A stretch of 64,000 nucleotides of DNA from an uncultured virus (IMG/VR IMGVR_UViG_3300029305_009042) (Duplodnaviria; Heunggongvirae; Uroviricota; Caudoviricetes), in IMG/VR virus record IMGVR_UViG_3300029305_009042. One strand, written 5' to 3'. This document shows, in pieces, positions 36,695 to 45,797 of the stretch. How positions within the stretch are numbered: the stretch's first letter is position 1; every line of letters begins with the position of its first letter. The position numbers and the translations under genes were made by a program. The notes beneath the pieces were generated by a model. That model saw nothing but the letters and a program-made list of their open reading frames with translations, was not told the DNA's origin and did not search any database.

Positions 36695-37402
36695 TTACGA
36701 AAGTTTCTTATACTGATCACGCAGTTTTTCCTGCAACTCCAGGCACGCCAGTTCCGCGTCGCCGTCATCCGCATACCCCTTAGAGTACTTCTGCAGATGT
36801 TCCTTGAAGATTCGTTCAGGCGTAATGCCGAGCCAGGGGTAAAGAACCGCCGTCAGGGTGTCAACCAGCTCTTCGATCCGGTCGGACTTCTCCTTGACGG
36901 CGGTACACAGCTTTCTTGCTGCATAGTCCATCGCCTGGCATTCCAGAGATGCCGTCCGGAATTGTTCGAGGCATTCCCGGATCTCTCTAAGGATCTCTCC
37001 GGCGCTGTGCTTAACGACGGCCGACGCGATCTCCCGCCGTTCCTCCCTGCAGCAATGAGGACCGTTCGTAATAAAATCGAACACAGTGTCACTATCCGCG
37101 TCCGTCAGGTTAAGGATATACGACAGCCGCGTGGCGTATTTATCATCCTCGTTCGTCCAGTCGATGTACTCGAAGATCTCTTCGCGGTGCCTGTCAAAGA
37201 ACTCCTCGCACAGCTCGTCCGTCAATCGCTTGAGCAGCGGTTCATCAATGTCTTCGAGCTCCTCCACGGCTTTGTCCGTGAAGGTGATACAAAATGTAAT
37301 CGGCTCCCTGGTACCCACTTCCTCGTTCAGGAAGCTGATACCGAATGTCCGCATATAGGCGTCTTCCAGAGCGCCCCAGCGCTGATACAAAAATGATCTC
37401 AT
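36695..37402 (-). CDS. Hypothetical protein, paralog of 38114-38833
   Basis: Shared Y..WG.LE, LYP.LG.T and KYS.GYAD motifs. Confidence 0.65.
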   Translation of the reverse strand: MRSFLYQRWGALEDAYMRTFGISFLNEEVGTREPITFCITFTDKAVEELEDIDEPLLKRLTDELCEEFFDRHREEIFEYIDWTNEDDKYATRLSYILNLTDADSDTVFDFITNGPHCCREERREIASAVVKHSAGEILREIRECLEQFRTASLECQAMDYAARKLCTAVKEKSDRIEELVDTLTAVLYPWLGITPERIFKEHLQKYSKGYADDGDAELACLELQEKLRDQYKKLS

Positions 37403-37501
37403 AACTTATTCCTTTTCTTTGTCTTTTTTGTAAAGTCTTTTTAAGCGGAACCGGGGATCCGGCTGAAGCGGCCGCGGTTCCGACCGCGGTTCACTTCCGC
37501 A

Positions 37502-37933
37502 TCATGCGTCCCGGGTATGCAGCAACTCGGCTGCGGCTGCTCGCAGGATCTCGATTGCGTCATCGTCGCCGTAGACGCCATACTCACCATCTGCGTACAT
37601 GCGCAGGTCTGTTACGTCATGGCGCGACATCTCCCAGAGGACATCGCTGGCCGTCATGCAACCACCGAACGCACAATCTCTGGCGTGGTCCGCCACATAG
37701 CGCCAGGTGTGGCGGGTCGTCGTGTAGTAGCCAAGCTCATCGCGATCTTCCGAGTCTGACCACGCAACAGCGTCGTAATAGTGCCCGCGCCGCCTCACAA
37801 GATGCTGCCTGCCGCCGATGAGTTCGGCGAGGTGCGCCAGACCGCTTGCACGGAAGTCTTCGGGTGTCGCGATATAGAGGTGAAGTCCTTCAGCACTGTC
37901 AAAGCTGGCCACGAGGTAGGTGTCCTTTTTCAT
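37502..37933 (-). CDS. Hypothetical protein
   Basis: RBS AAGGAGG before MKKDTY. Confidence 0.55.
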   Translation of the reverse strand: MKKDTYLVASFDSAEGLHLYIATPEDFRASGLAHLAELIGGRQHLVRRRGHYYDAVAWSDSEDRDELGYYTTTRHTWRYVADHARDCAFGGCMTASDVLWEMSRHDVTDLRMYADGEYGVYGDDDAIEILRAAAAELLHTRDA

Positions 37934-37934
37934 A

Positions 37935-38117
37935 TCATGCCTCCTTTTCCGGAATATCCTCCCAGACCTGTCCGGCATCACGCCGATCCCGCGTCCGCAT
38001 GTAACCAAGGTTCCCATCCCACTTCCGCGGATTCTCTGCCAGATCATCATAATGCACTTCAACGTGCCACCCGTTCCAATCAAATTCATGAACGATCATC
38101 GCTCCTGCTCCTGTCAA
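37935..38117 (-). pseudogene. Truncated paralog of 36118-36687
   Basis: W..EV.YD...E.PR.WD..GY matches the N-terminus of the 36118 ORF, then stops at about 60 aa. Confidence 0.5.
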
Positions 38118-38833
38118 ACGAACTTTTGATACTGTTCCCAGAGTTTTGTTTTCAGCTCCTCGATCGCGAAGCTCATGTCATCTGCATCCGCGTACCCGGC
38201 GGAATACTTATCGCGGTGTTCCTGAAAATAACGGCGTGATGTTTCTCCGAGCAGCGGATACAGGACCGAGTGCAATACGTCTTCGATCAGCCGTATGTCC
38301 GTCGACTTATCATTGATCTCCCCGCAGAACCTCTTCACCGCTTCCTCAATAACCGCGCAGGCAGAAGAGCTTTCAAACGCCTGCTCCAAACAAACAACGG
38401 CTTCCTTAAAGAACTTCTCGGCCGCGTCCCTTACGATCGCGACCGCTACAGCTTCTACGTCTTCGAGGGTATGATCCGGACCGTCTGTAAAAATAGAAAA
38501 TACCGCGTCCATACGACAGCGGTCTATCTCGCTTAAACTTCCGATATAGGACCACCGTGTCATAGAGTAATCCTCTTCGATCTGCTGGTCGATGAACTCG
38601 AGAAGAAGCTGACGATGTTCCTCGAAAAACTCACGGACCTTTGCGGTCTCCGCTTTACAGAAACACAGAACCGCATACTCCTTCGCCAGCTCCTCGATCT
38701 TGCCCGCGGCTTCGTCTTGGATAGCGATATGACACACAGGACCCTCGGACATCTCTTCTATAAACTCCAGTCCCATCAGCTCCATGAGCACTGATTCCAG
38801 CGTGCCCCAATGTCTATATTTGAACGTTTTCAT
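38114..38833 (-). CDS. Hypothetical protein, paralog of 36695-37402
   Basis: Colinear similarity over the full length. Confidence 0.65.
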   Translation of the reverse strand: MKTFKYRHWGTLESVLMELMGLEFIEEMSEGPVCHIAIQDEAAGKIEELAKEYAVLCFCKAETAKVREFFEEHRQLLLEFIDQQIEEDYSMTRWSYIGSLSEIDRCRMDAVFSIFTDGPDHTLEDVEAVAVAIVRDAAEKFFKEAVVCLEQAFESSSACAVIEEAVKRFCGEINDKSTDIRLIEDVLHSVLYPLLGETSRRYFQEHRDKYSAGYADADDMSFAIEELKTKLWEQYQKFV

Positions 38834-38845
38834 CCTGAGCTCCTT

Positions 38846-39175
38846 TTACCAAAGCACTTCATTTACGATACGAGTCGCATCTTCCAATTTATCAGAGACT
38901 TTCGCCAGCTCGTCCGCCTCGAACAGACGCCAATGATCTCCGAGCAGGACCGTTCTTCCATTTCCGACGAAGAACGAGTCCACGCATTCATACACGGTAC
39001 CATCTTCGCCAATGACGCGAATGGTCCCGGTGCAGTCCAGCTCCTCATCCAGAATAAGCACGTAGTTTCCATCCGAAGCCTCATACCCGCCTGCCATCGG
39101 AACCGCCGCAACACCTCTGACCCGCGTATTCCCAGGCGTCAGCGTAAATGTTTGAACAAACATAAAAACCTCCAT
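38846..39175 (-). CDS. Hypothetical protein
   Basis: ORF in operon. Confidence 0.55.
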   Translation of the reverse strand: MEVFMFVQTFTLTPGNTRVRGVAAVPMAGGYEASDGNYVLILDEELDCTGTIRVIGEDGTVYECVDSFFVGNGRTVLLGDHWRLFEADELAKVSDKLEDATRIVNEVLW

Positions 39176-39221
39176 AAAAAAAAGCCCGATGATCGCTCAC
39201 CGGGCTGAAACTTAAGTTTGA

Positions 39222-39641
39222 TTATTTGCAACACTTGCCGCAGGACTTGTGCGGCTCATCCGTCATGACGACAGTAACATCAGGAGAAAACTCGAATACG
39301 ATGGCACATCTTTCCATGTCTTCCTGTTTCGCGTCCGCTTCCGGCTCCGTCTTTTCCGAACCGGCTTCCTCCCGTTCCTCTGCCGGATCACCAAGATCCT
39401 CCACAGATTCCTCGCCGCAGGATTCGATAAATGCTTTCAGCTCCTCGTCCGTCATCTCAATGATCTCATCCTCATCCAGAAGTCCGGTTGCCTGAAGGGC
39501 TGCAAGCATTCCCGAGTTGAACTGCATTATCTGACAAAGCAATACCCGGGCGTCTGCAGATTTATCCTTCAGAACTGCCTGCGTTGCCTTCACCTGCTCA
39601 CGCAGAACGTCCGCAATGCAAATCAATGTCGTCTTTTCCAT
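39222..39641 (-). CDS. Hypothetical acidic protein
   Basis: RBS AAGGAGA. Confidence 0.6.
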   Translation of the reverse strand: MEKTTLICIADVLREQVKATQAVLKDKSADARVLLCQIMQFNSGMLAALQATGLLDEDEIIEMTDEELKAFIESCGEESVEDLGDPAEEREEAGSEKTEPEADAKQEDMERCAIVFEFSPDVTVVMTDEPHKSCGKCCK

Positions 39642-40086
39642 GTTTTCTCCTTATCTTAAAGTCACAATAACCCCAGTCCTCCGCAAGGCAATCTTCCCTG
39701 GAAGGTATCAGGAGCGTATCCATTTCCATTCCCGCTGTCAGACTATGGAGCATCGGCAGCCGCCCGCCTTCCGGCAGATGCACATACGCCTGCGGGTGCC
39801 ATGCTCTTCTCCGCACGAAACCATGCGTCAGAAGCATCCAGCAGATACTCTTCTCTATAGTATCTTTTTCCTCGCTTTCCGCAAGTTCTTCGCCGGAACA
39901 GGACACCCAGTCCTGCGCCAGATAGTCATCCAGTTCGGGAATGAAGATCTTTCGTGTATTCCCTGTCTGATCATACATCAGACCCTGTATGGGTTCCGAT
40001 TCCAACCGGCGGCTCGCATCCCAGGAACGCCTGCGGACAGACTCCTTCCGCTGGAATAGAAACCGTATCGCTTCCGAGAGTCTCAT
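39598..40086 (-). CDS. Tandem DUF2829 (Tad2-like) domain protein
   Basis: Two copies of VRRR.W...IP...D.LA.DW. Confidence 0.65.
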   Translation of the reverse strand: MRLSEAIRFLFQRKESVRRRSWDASRRLESEPIQGLMYDQTGNTRKIFIPELDDYLAQDWVSCSGEELAESEEKDTIEKSICWMLLTHGFVRRRAWHPQAYVHLPEGGRLPMLHSLTAGMEMDTLLIPSREDCLAEDWGYCDFKIRRKHGKDDIDLHCGRSA

Positions 40087-40562
40087 CAGAACCAGTCCTG
40101 AATACTCTCCTCTGCTTTCTTCTGTTCTTTTACCGCCTGCCGGGTAAGAATAGACAGAAGCGACTGATAGTCCTCTTCCTGAACCTCCAGGATCGGCTCC
40201 GGCTCAGCAGCAGGTTCCTCTGACATCAGTTCCTTTTGCTGATCTTCATACTCCAGCCGCAATGCCAGTTCCGCCATGCCTACCCATGAAAGCTCCCGTC
40301 CATGCCGTACCACGGCTTCCTTCTTCAAACGCTCCAGCTTTTCTCCGGAAAACCAGTCTGCCGACACTGCCCGCTCCCGGTTTTTGGAGTCCATAAACTG
40401 GATCATGGATGCCGGAGGATCTTCCCAGATCGTCTCGTCATTCGCCAGATGACCCGCCATCGCCGGAGCGTCCTCCTTGAGGATCAGTCTCCTGTAGCTG
40501 TTTAAGTTTTGCATGTTCCTCATTTCCTTTAATAAAACCTGTGGTATACAGATCCCGATCAA
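40086..40562 (-). CDS. Hypothetical protein (start uncertain)
   Basis: ORF in operon. Confidence 0.5.
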   Translation of the reverse strand: MIGICIPQVLLKEMRNMQNLNSYRRLILKEDAPAMAGHLANDETIWEDPPASMIQFMDSKNRERAVSADWFSGEKLERLKKEAVVRHGRELSWVGMAELALRLEYEDQQKELMSEEPAAEPEPILEVQEEDYQSLLSILTRQAVKEQKKAEESIQDWF

Positions 40563-40761
40563 AAAGCCAAATGTCCTGCCCAGAGCAAGTCATTCTCTGC
40601 CCGTTGGTCGTGAACTGCCACATCTCTCCAGAGATCACGGCAATAGTTCGCTTCTCCGCGAGAAACGCCGTTACGGATCCCGTTAATTCCTCGAGCGATT
40701 CGCAGACCTTGATCTCTGGATCATCCAGTGATGATCTATAGTGGATGATGTAGTGTTTCAT
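40438..40761 (-). CDS. Hypothetical protein
   Basis: ATGA-coupled ORF. Confidence 0.5.
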   Translation of the reverse strand: MKHYIIHYRSSLDDPEIKVCESLEELTGSVTAFLAEKRTIAVISGEMWQFTTNGQRMTCSGQDIWLFDRDLYTTGFIKGNEEHAKLKQLQETDPQGGRSGDGGSSGE

Positions 40762-41402
40762 ACTCTCCCTTTCAGAAACATCATTCCATCGTAGTACGCC
40801 GTTTCGCAGCGATCCTTCTGCATCGCCTTCGGTCTGACGAACGGATTGGACGGGTCATTGCGCCACAGACTGCAAAAGTCCGAAGCGTAGATCCCGATCG
40901 ACGCGATATTAATAACACCCGGAGGCATGTGTCCCTGCGCCATCCGAACATAATCCGGGATCTGCATAACAGGACATTCCGCCGCGAACATTACCCGCTG
41001 TTTCTTCACATCTACGGACCCGTAACTGATCAGATAGTTCCGAAGCTCCGGCCATACTGACTTTGGACAGAAGTAAAGTGTTCGAGACAAGTCCAGTATC
41101 TCCTTCTTGTCTCCTGCCGCGCCTCCGCAGGAAACTGTCAATTCCCGAAGCGGAGGCGTAATGTCAAAAATAGGAAAAGGCGAGATACTGACCTTAATGC
41201 GGGTCGATTTATCCAATCGAGCCGCGAAATCCCGAACCATGTCCCGGTCATGCGTCGTGTTCCAGTAAAGAAGCGCCGGTGTAAACGCCTGATACTCCTT
41301 CGCCGTCAGACCTGTCCAGGTATATTTCGTATTCCCAAGATCAGCAAATGTTTTCTCTTCCCGCATTTTCGTAACACTCCATAGTCTCAAACCGTTTTCC
41401 AA
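40758..41402 (-). CDS. Hypothetical protein
   Basis: ORF in operon. Confidence 0.5.
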   Translation of the reverse strand: MENGLRLWSVTKMREEKTFADLGNTKYTWTGLTAKEYQAFTPALLYWNTTHDRDMVRDFAARLDKSTRIKVSISPFPIFDITPPLRELTVSCGGAAGDKKEILDLSRTLYFCPKSVWPELRNYLISYGSVDVKKQRVMFAAECPVMQIPDYVRMAQGHMPPGVINIASIGIYASDFCSLWRNDPSNPFVRPKAMQKDRCETAYYDGMMFLKGRV

Positions 41403-41994
41403 AATAACGGCAGAGAAGGGAGTGAATGTATTGGAATTCCGCTTCCTCCGAAGTATGAACGGGTGTCGTATCCAACAGCATTTTTCGTTCGTCTGCCGTA
41501 AACAGCAGCGACTCCGGCGTCATCGTAGGGATCTTCCTGGCAGCTACCAGCGTTGCGACACGCTGATGATCGTAGTCCTCGGACTCCCGAAGATAAGCCG
41601 CCCGAAGCAGCTTATCTGCATTGTCGCCCAAAACGACGATCCTGTCAAATCCAAAGAGCGCTTCCGGACCGAAGAGGCAATCCAGCACGCCTGTCAGATC
41701 CAGTCCTTCAGGCAACTCTACAGAAAGCTCAAACGGAACGTGCAAATGCAGCGCGTGAATATGCCACAGGCTGGGACAGTTCGCCAGAACATCCTGATAA
41801 AGCGTTTTGCGCTTTTTCGCGCAGTACTCCTCGATCTTTGCCGGATCTTTATAGTTAGCCGGAGCCTCCGGTGCTTTCACCCGCTGCTCCCAGCCCTGAA
41901 CCAGAGACCACACACCGGTCAGAATGACCGGGTAAAATCCTGTCTGCGTGGTCAGAATATGATTCATCAATGCGTGAGCGTGAGTCTTAGTCAT
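41341..41994 (-). CDS. Hypothetical protein, possibly degenerate phage 3'-5' exonuclease-like
   Basis: APANYKDPAKIEEY resembles phage exonuclease-family inserts; catalytic motifs not evident. Confidence 0.4.
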   Translation of the reverse strand: MTKTHAHALMNHILTTQTGFYPVILTGVWSLVQGWEQRVKAPEAPANYKDPAKIEEYCAKKRKTLYQDVLANCPSLWHIHALHLHVPFELSVELPEGLDLTGVLDCLFGPEALFGFDRIVVLGDNADKLLRAAYLRESEDYDHQRVATLVAARKIPTMTPESLLFTADERKMLLDTTPVHTSEEAEFQYIHSLLCRYFGKRFETMECYENAGRENIC

Positions 41995-42526
41995 TGTCTT
42001 TTTCCTCCTCGTTATCGTTTTCCAAACACTTAGCCTGCAAGGTATTTACCGCGTCCTGCGCGGCAGCCATCGCGATCGCATTCTGGACCACGATCTCCAG
42101 CTCAGGATCCTCTCCATCCCAGCCAAGATCCAGTTCGTCGTCGCTGAGACCATGCAGGCATGGAGCTAACGACCGCAGCCGGTCATACCAGGAGTCATAC
42201 CTGCATTCTCGTGTGAGCCAGCGCAGCAGCACCAGCTCATTCTCCTGAAAGAATCTCAGCGTATCCTTGTAGTACATAAAAGCACGAACAGAACCATCCT
42301 GTACAGGACGCCATTTAGCGCACTCAAGATCATACACCAGATCCTCCGGAATTTCCGTCTGCACCCCGTCCAGGCACACGCTGTCTTCCGGAATGCCCTC
42401 GTACCGCATCATGTGACGCAGCACCGTCTTCTCCAATTCCGACAGAAAACCATTGATTTTCATATTGTCCTCCATAAAAAGAGCCGCCGGAAGTACTCCA
42501 GGCGGCAACTGTTCATTACGTCTCAT
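41987..42526 (-). CDS. Hypothetical protein
   Basis: FMYYKDTLRFF motif; likely start MKING. Confidence 0.55.
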   Translation of the reverse strand: MRRNEQLPPGVLPAALFMEDNMKINGFLSELEKTVLRHMMRYEGIPEDSVCLDGVQTEIPEDLVYDLECAKWRPVQDGSVRAFMYYKDTLRFFQENELVLLRWLTRECRYDSWYDRLRSLAPCLHGLSDDELDLGWDGEDPELEIVVQNAIAMAAAQDAVNTLQAKCLENDNEEEKDND

Positions 42527-42893
42527 TCTTCAGCTTCGGATACAGATTCCGGATCAGTTCCGGAAGCCGGTCCAGCTCCACAACAACGAGCCACGGTTTA
42601 TGACTGCGCCGGTGCATGACAACCGGGACCTCTGTGTCCTTGGAATCCGATCTCGCCTGATCCATTGCCGGATACAGGCTCAGGGATTCCGTCCGTTTTA
42701 TTTCAAAATGAACCCCCTCAAGAGGAGTGCATATGTCTGGCGTACCGGGTCCGCCGTGGTATTGTCTTCCGCGATGGAACCCTTCGCCTTCAAAGAGCTT
42801 TTCCAGCTCCGCTGCCGCTTCGCGTTCACCCCGCGCTCCTTTATTCCTCGACTTTCGTCCGATCTTCACCTTCCTGGGATCCTTCTCCGCCAT
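42516..42893 (-). CDS. PD-(D/E)xK Holliday-junction resolvase-like nuclease
   Basis: SRNKGARGERE...PD...FEIKR motif. Confidence 0.8.
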   Translation of the reverse strand: MAEKDPRKVKIGRKSRNKGARGEREAAAELEKLFEGEGFHRGRQYHGGPGTPDICTPLEGVHFEIKRTESLSLYPAMDQARSDSKDTEVPVVMHRRSHKPWLVVVELDRLPELIRNLYPKLKNET

Positions 42894-43761
42894 CCGGCTC
42901 CTCCAACAACTTCATTTTTCTAAGTTTCGCCGCAAACTCATCCCGTTCCCGACAGCGTGCGTCGCCAACCAGTATACCAACGTCGTTCCGCCAGTACTTC
43001 ATGACACCTGCCATGTCGATCCTGCCGTGATACTTAAGAAGCTCGAACAGACACTGCTGTTCCAGGCTGCTCAGCGTAACCGCCTCCAGCTGGTAATCCT
43101 CAAAAGCACAATAGGTTTGCGGAAAATAATACATGACGTGCGCCTTTATTGCCTTCGCGTACTCCCGGATCGCGAGCTGCGCCGAGGGATCCAAACGCAA
43201 GTCAAGGAAATGAAGCAGGTTATGCAGGTCGATCTTCCATACGAAGGTCGTAAATACCGATACAGGCAATACTCTGCGCGCCAGCTCGCGGCTCACTCCC
43301 TCGTCAAGCAGCGCACGGTACGCCTGTATAGACTCTTCATAGGCAGCTGCTTCCATCTGCTGAAAACGGCACCCGTCTTCCGCAGGGAAAAAAGCGCCTC
43401 CGCCCTGCCGATTCTCAAGGGACTGCCGGTACCACAGATCCTCCGCAATCGACTCAAACTCGCAGTCCGACTCCGTGTACCGCAGGGATACCTCGTTGAT
43501 CGAAGCGGTCCTATGCCGTACCCACTGCCGCATGACATAGATCGGGCAACGAATGAGGAACCTCATCTCCGCCATCTCAAACGGCGACGTGTGCCGATGA
43601 CGAAACAGATAGCGGATCAGCTTTTCATCCCGCACGTCATCCACCTCATCTTTCCCGGTGCATACTCTCGCCGACGAAGCAATCGTATGGTCGGACCCCA
43701 TCACGTCAAGGAGCTGAACAAAACCTCCTCCGTCGATACAGATCTTCTCGTCACTCATCAT
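42841..43761 (-). CDS. thyX: Flavin-dependent thymidylate synthase
   Basis: HTSPFE, RQWVRHRTASINEVSLRY, RELARRVLP and NLLHFLDLR motifs. Confidence 0.95.
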   Translation of the reverse strand: MMSDEKICIDGGGFVQLLDVMGSDHTIASSARVCTGKDEVDDVRDEKLIRYLFRHRHTSPFEMAEMRFLIRCPIYVMRQWVRHRTASINEVSLRYTESDCEFESIAEDLWYRQSLENRQGGGAFFPAEDGCRFQQMEAAAYEESIQAYRALLDEGVSRELARRVLPVSVFTTFVWKIDLHNLLHFLDLRLDPSAQLAIREYAKAIKAHVMYYFPQTYCAFEDYQLEAVTLSSLEQQCLFELLKYHGRIDMAGVMKYWRNDVGILVGDARCRERDEFAAKLRKMKLLEEPDGGEGSQEGEDRTKVEE

Positions 43762-44299
43762 CCTCCATCTCCTTTCGCAGCTTGTTCCCCTTTTTGCTCT
43801 CGATACCCTCGATCGCGTTCAGCGTCTCTTTGAAAAGATTCTCCAGCTTATGGTAGTTGATGAATGCCGGCGTTTTACCTTCAACTGTCACATCGCGGAC
43901 TGCATACCAATATGCGGCAAGACAAGCGCGTCCAAAAAGCGCGTCGATAAGCGCCTTGATCTCCATAGGGACTTCCGCGTATCCGGATACTTCCGCGGCC
44001 TGTGCCACCGTATCCGTTTTGCTCTCTCCGATGATGCACTTGTTCATCTGAATGAACCTCCTGTACCCGTCCAGCATATCCTCCCGTTCAAGACCAAACG
44101 TCTTGACCCACTGACGAACAAACTCGTCATACTCTTCCGCGGACAGATCCTCGTACATCTCTTCGATACAAATGACCCCGAGATTTTTCAGATCATGCTG
44201 CGGGGCGTAATTCGGCATTTTTCCAAAACCGATCGACGCATGATACTTCTGAAGAAAATCCAGCAATTCCTTATTGTTTGCCATAGTCCAGCTCCTCAA
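43751..44299 (-). CDS. Hypothetical protein
   Basis: ORF in operon. Confidence 0.55.
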   Translation of the reverse strand: MRSWTMANNKELLDFLQKYHASIGFGKMPNYAPQHDLKNLGVICIEEMYEDLSAEEYDEFVRQWVKTFGLEREDMLDGYRRFIQMNKCIIGESKTDTVAQAAEVSGYAEVPMEIKALIDALFGRACLAAYWYAVRDVTVEGKTPAFINYHKLENLFKETLNAIEGIESKKGNKLRKEMEDDE

Positions 44300-44759
44300 A
44301 ACCAGTTACCGAAAACCGGGCAGCCCATACTTCAACCGTCGAAACAACGATAGGCTCTCCTCCTTTTGTGTACTTCACCAAGCAATCCCCCTCCGGGATC
44401 ATCGGCGGCTTATACACAACACCAAACCGCCCAATGAGCGGAAAGAACAACGCGTCGGACGGCTGCTCCTCCCACTCTTTCAGGAAAGGCAGCTTTTCGA
44501 TGTGCGTTGAAAGCAGCCGGTGCAGGTCATACGACCACATCTTCTCCGACCGGATAAAAGTCAGGTACGGCTCTTCCCCAGAGAACGTGATCTGCTGCGA
44601 ATACCAGTCCCATGTTACCGTGGGTTCCGGACACAGCTTCTTTACCGCATGCCAATGAACCGTCTTGAACCAGTTCTTGTGCATCTGCCGCACCGAAGAC
44701 TGCTCAAAGATCACCTGCTTCGAGACATTCGGCGCGTCTGGATCCCATACCGCGCCCAT
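44271..44759 (-). CDS. Hypothetical protein
   Basis: ORF with RBS. Confidence 0.55.
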   Translation of the reverse strand: MGAVWDPDAPNVSKQVIFEQSSVRQMHKNWFKTVHWHAVKKLCPEPTVTWDWYSQQITFSGEEPYLTFIRSEKMWSYDLHRLLSTHIEKLPFLKEWEEQPSDALFFPLIGRFGVVYKPPMIPEGDCLVKYTKGGEPIVVSTVEVWAARFSVTGFEELDYGKQ

Positions 44760-44885
44760 TACAGATACTCCTTCGAGCTGAACTCCCGTGTGTACTTTTT
44801 CGCTGCCGCGTCCAGCTTATAGGCAGACGGGATCTTGTGATATTCCTTGAACTCCATATCTCCTGTCCTTTCAAATAAAACCAAT

Positions 44886-44912
44886 AAAAAACCCGCGGAA
44901 CCGTTCCGCGGG
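44886..44912 (-). terminator. Rho-independent terminator
   Basis: CCCGCGGAA/TTCCGCGGG stem plus T-run. Confidence 0.75.
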
Positions 44913-44926
44913 CAAGCGTAGTTGGA

Positions 44927-45211
44927 TCAACTCTCCGGAGAGTCCAGTATCATAAGCAGAATGATCAGATAATTGACCAGATCCGCATAGGTATCCCGGA
45001 TCGATTCACTCACCTGTGCCTGTTCCCCGGACAGAAGCGTTTTCAGCCGCCCGAGTTTGTCCGAGATCCGTACCCGGACCGCTTCCTCCGGCTGAATATC
45101 CGGAGCCATCTCGGGACTCTGAAAAACCGAATTACCATAGTCATGATTTTTTCTTACGAACGTCTCGCGCATTTCCGCAGCGATCCGGTCGTACCTCTGG
45201 ATCACATCCAT
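44927..45211 (-). CDS. DUF1599 / nucleotide-modification-associated domain protein
   Basis: RKNHDYGNS, RISDKLGRL and DTYADLVNY motifs. Confidence 0.8.
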   Translation of the reverse strand: MDVIQRYDRIAAEMRETFVRKNHDYGNSVFQSPEMAPDIQPEEAVRVRISDKLGRLKTLLSGEQAQVSESIRDTYADLVNYLIILLMILDSPES

Positions 45212-45237
45212 AATCGTTCCTTTCCTTGAAAAACCAG

Positions 45238-45312
45238 TAGTTCGCGAAGGAGTCGAACCTTCCTTAAAAGGACTTATAAGATCCCCTCCCGCAACCGGCG
45301 GGACTGCGAACC
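45238..45312 (-). tRNA. tRNA-Ile(UAU) with atypical D-arm
   Basis: Acceptor GGTTCGC/GCGAACT, anticodon arm GGGAT-CTTATAA-GTCCT, T-arm GAAGG-TTCGACT-CCTTC. Confidence 0.75.
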
Positions 45313-45324
45313 GGTTATTAATAA

Positions 45325-45397
45325 TCCTTCCGACTGGATTTGAACCAGTGACACCCGCGGTGTAAACGCGGTACTCTATCCGCTGAGCTACAGAAGG
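45325..45397 (-). tRNA. tRNA-Val(UAC)
   Basis: Cloverleaf; CCGCG-TTTACAC-CGCGG; GGTTCAAATCC. Confidence 0.85.
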
Positions 45398-45518
45398 AAA
45401 CTTTGGCTGACAGACATCCAGCTCATGCCACGCGGTATCCAACCCGTTCGACGTCTGTCTATCGGTGGAGAGATTACACATATCATTCTGTCCCGGGATT
45501 TTCTGCCCTGACAGAAAT

Positions 45519-45592
45519 CATGCACGGAGGGATTTGAACCCTCGTCTGGTGCAGTAAAGCACCTGTTCTGATCCAGCCTGAACTACGCGCAC
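45519..45592 (-). tRNA. tRNA-like gene with 6-nt anticodon loop (identity undetermined)
   Basis: Good acceptor, D and T arms; anticodon arm GGTGC-TTTACT-GCACC. Confidence 0.65.
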
Positions 45593-45608
45593 GACCAGCG
45601 AAGTATAG

Positions 45609-45681
45609 AGCTGAAGACAGGAATCGAACCTGCAACATCCGCTTTACAAGAGCGGTGCTCTGCCCGTTGAGCTACTCCAGC
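45609..45681 (-). tRNA. tRNA-Thr(UGU)
   Basis: CCGCT-CTTGTAA-AGCGG; canonical cloverleaf. Confidence 0.92.
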
Positions 45682-45686
45682 TGTTC

Positions 45687-45770
45687 TGTCCGGAGCGGGA
45701 CTTGAACCCGCACATCCTGTCGGATAAGGGATTTTAAGTCCCTTGCGTCTGCCAATTCCGCCACCCGGAC
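45687..45770 (-). tRNA. tRNA-Leu(UAA)
   Basis: AGGGA-CTTAAAA-TCCCT; long variable arm. Confidence 0.92.
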
Positions 45771-45797
45771 CTTTATTATTTTTATATTCCTTTCCTT

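Noticed and set aside
45212..45481. N-terminal extension of the 44927-45481 ORF
   Set aside because: It overlaps two tRNA genes; the real start is MDVIQ at 45211 with an RBS.
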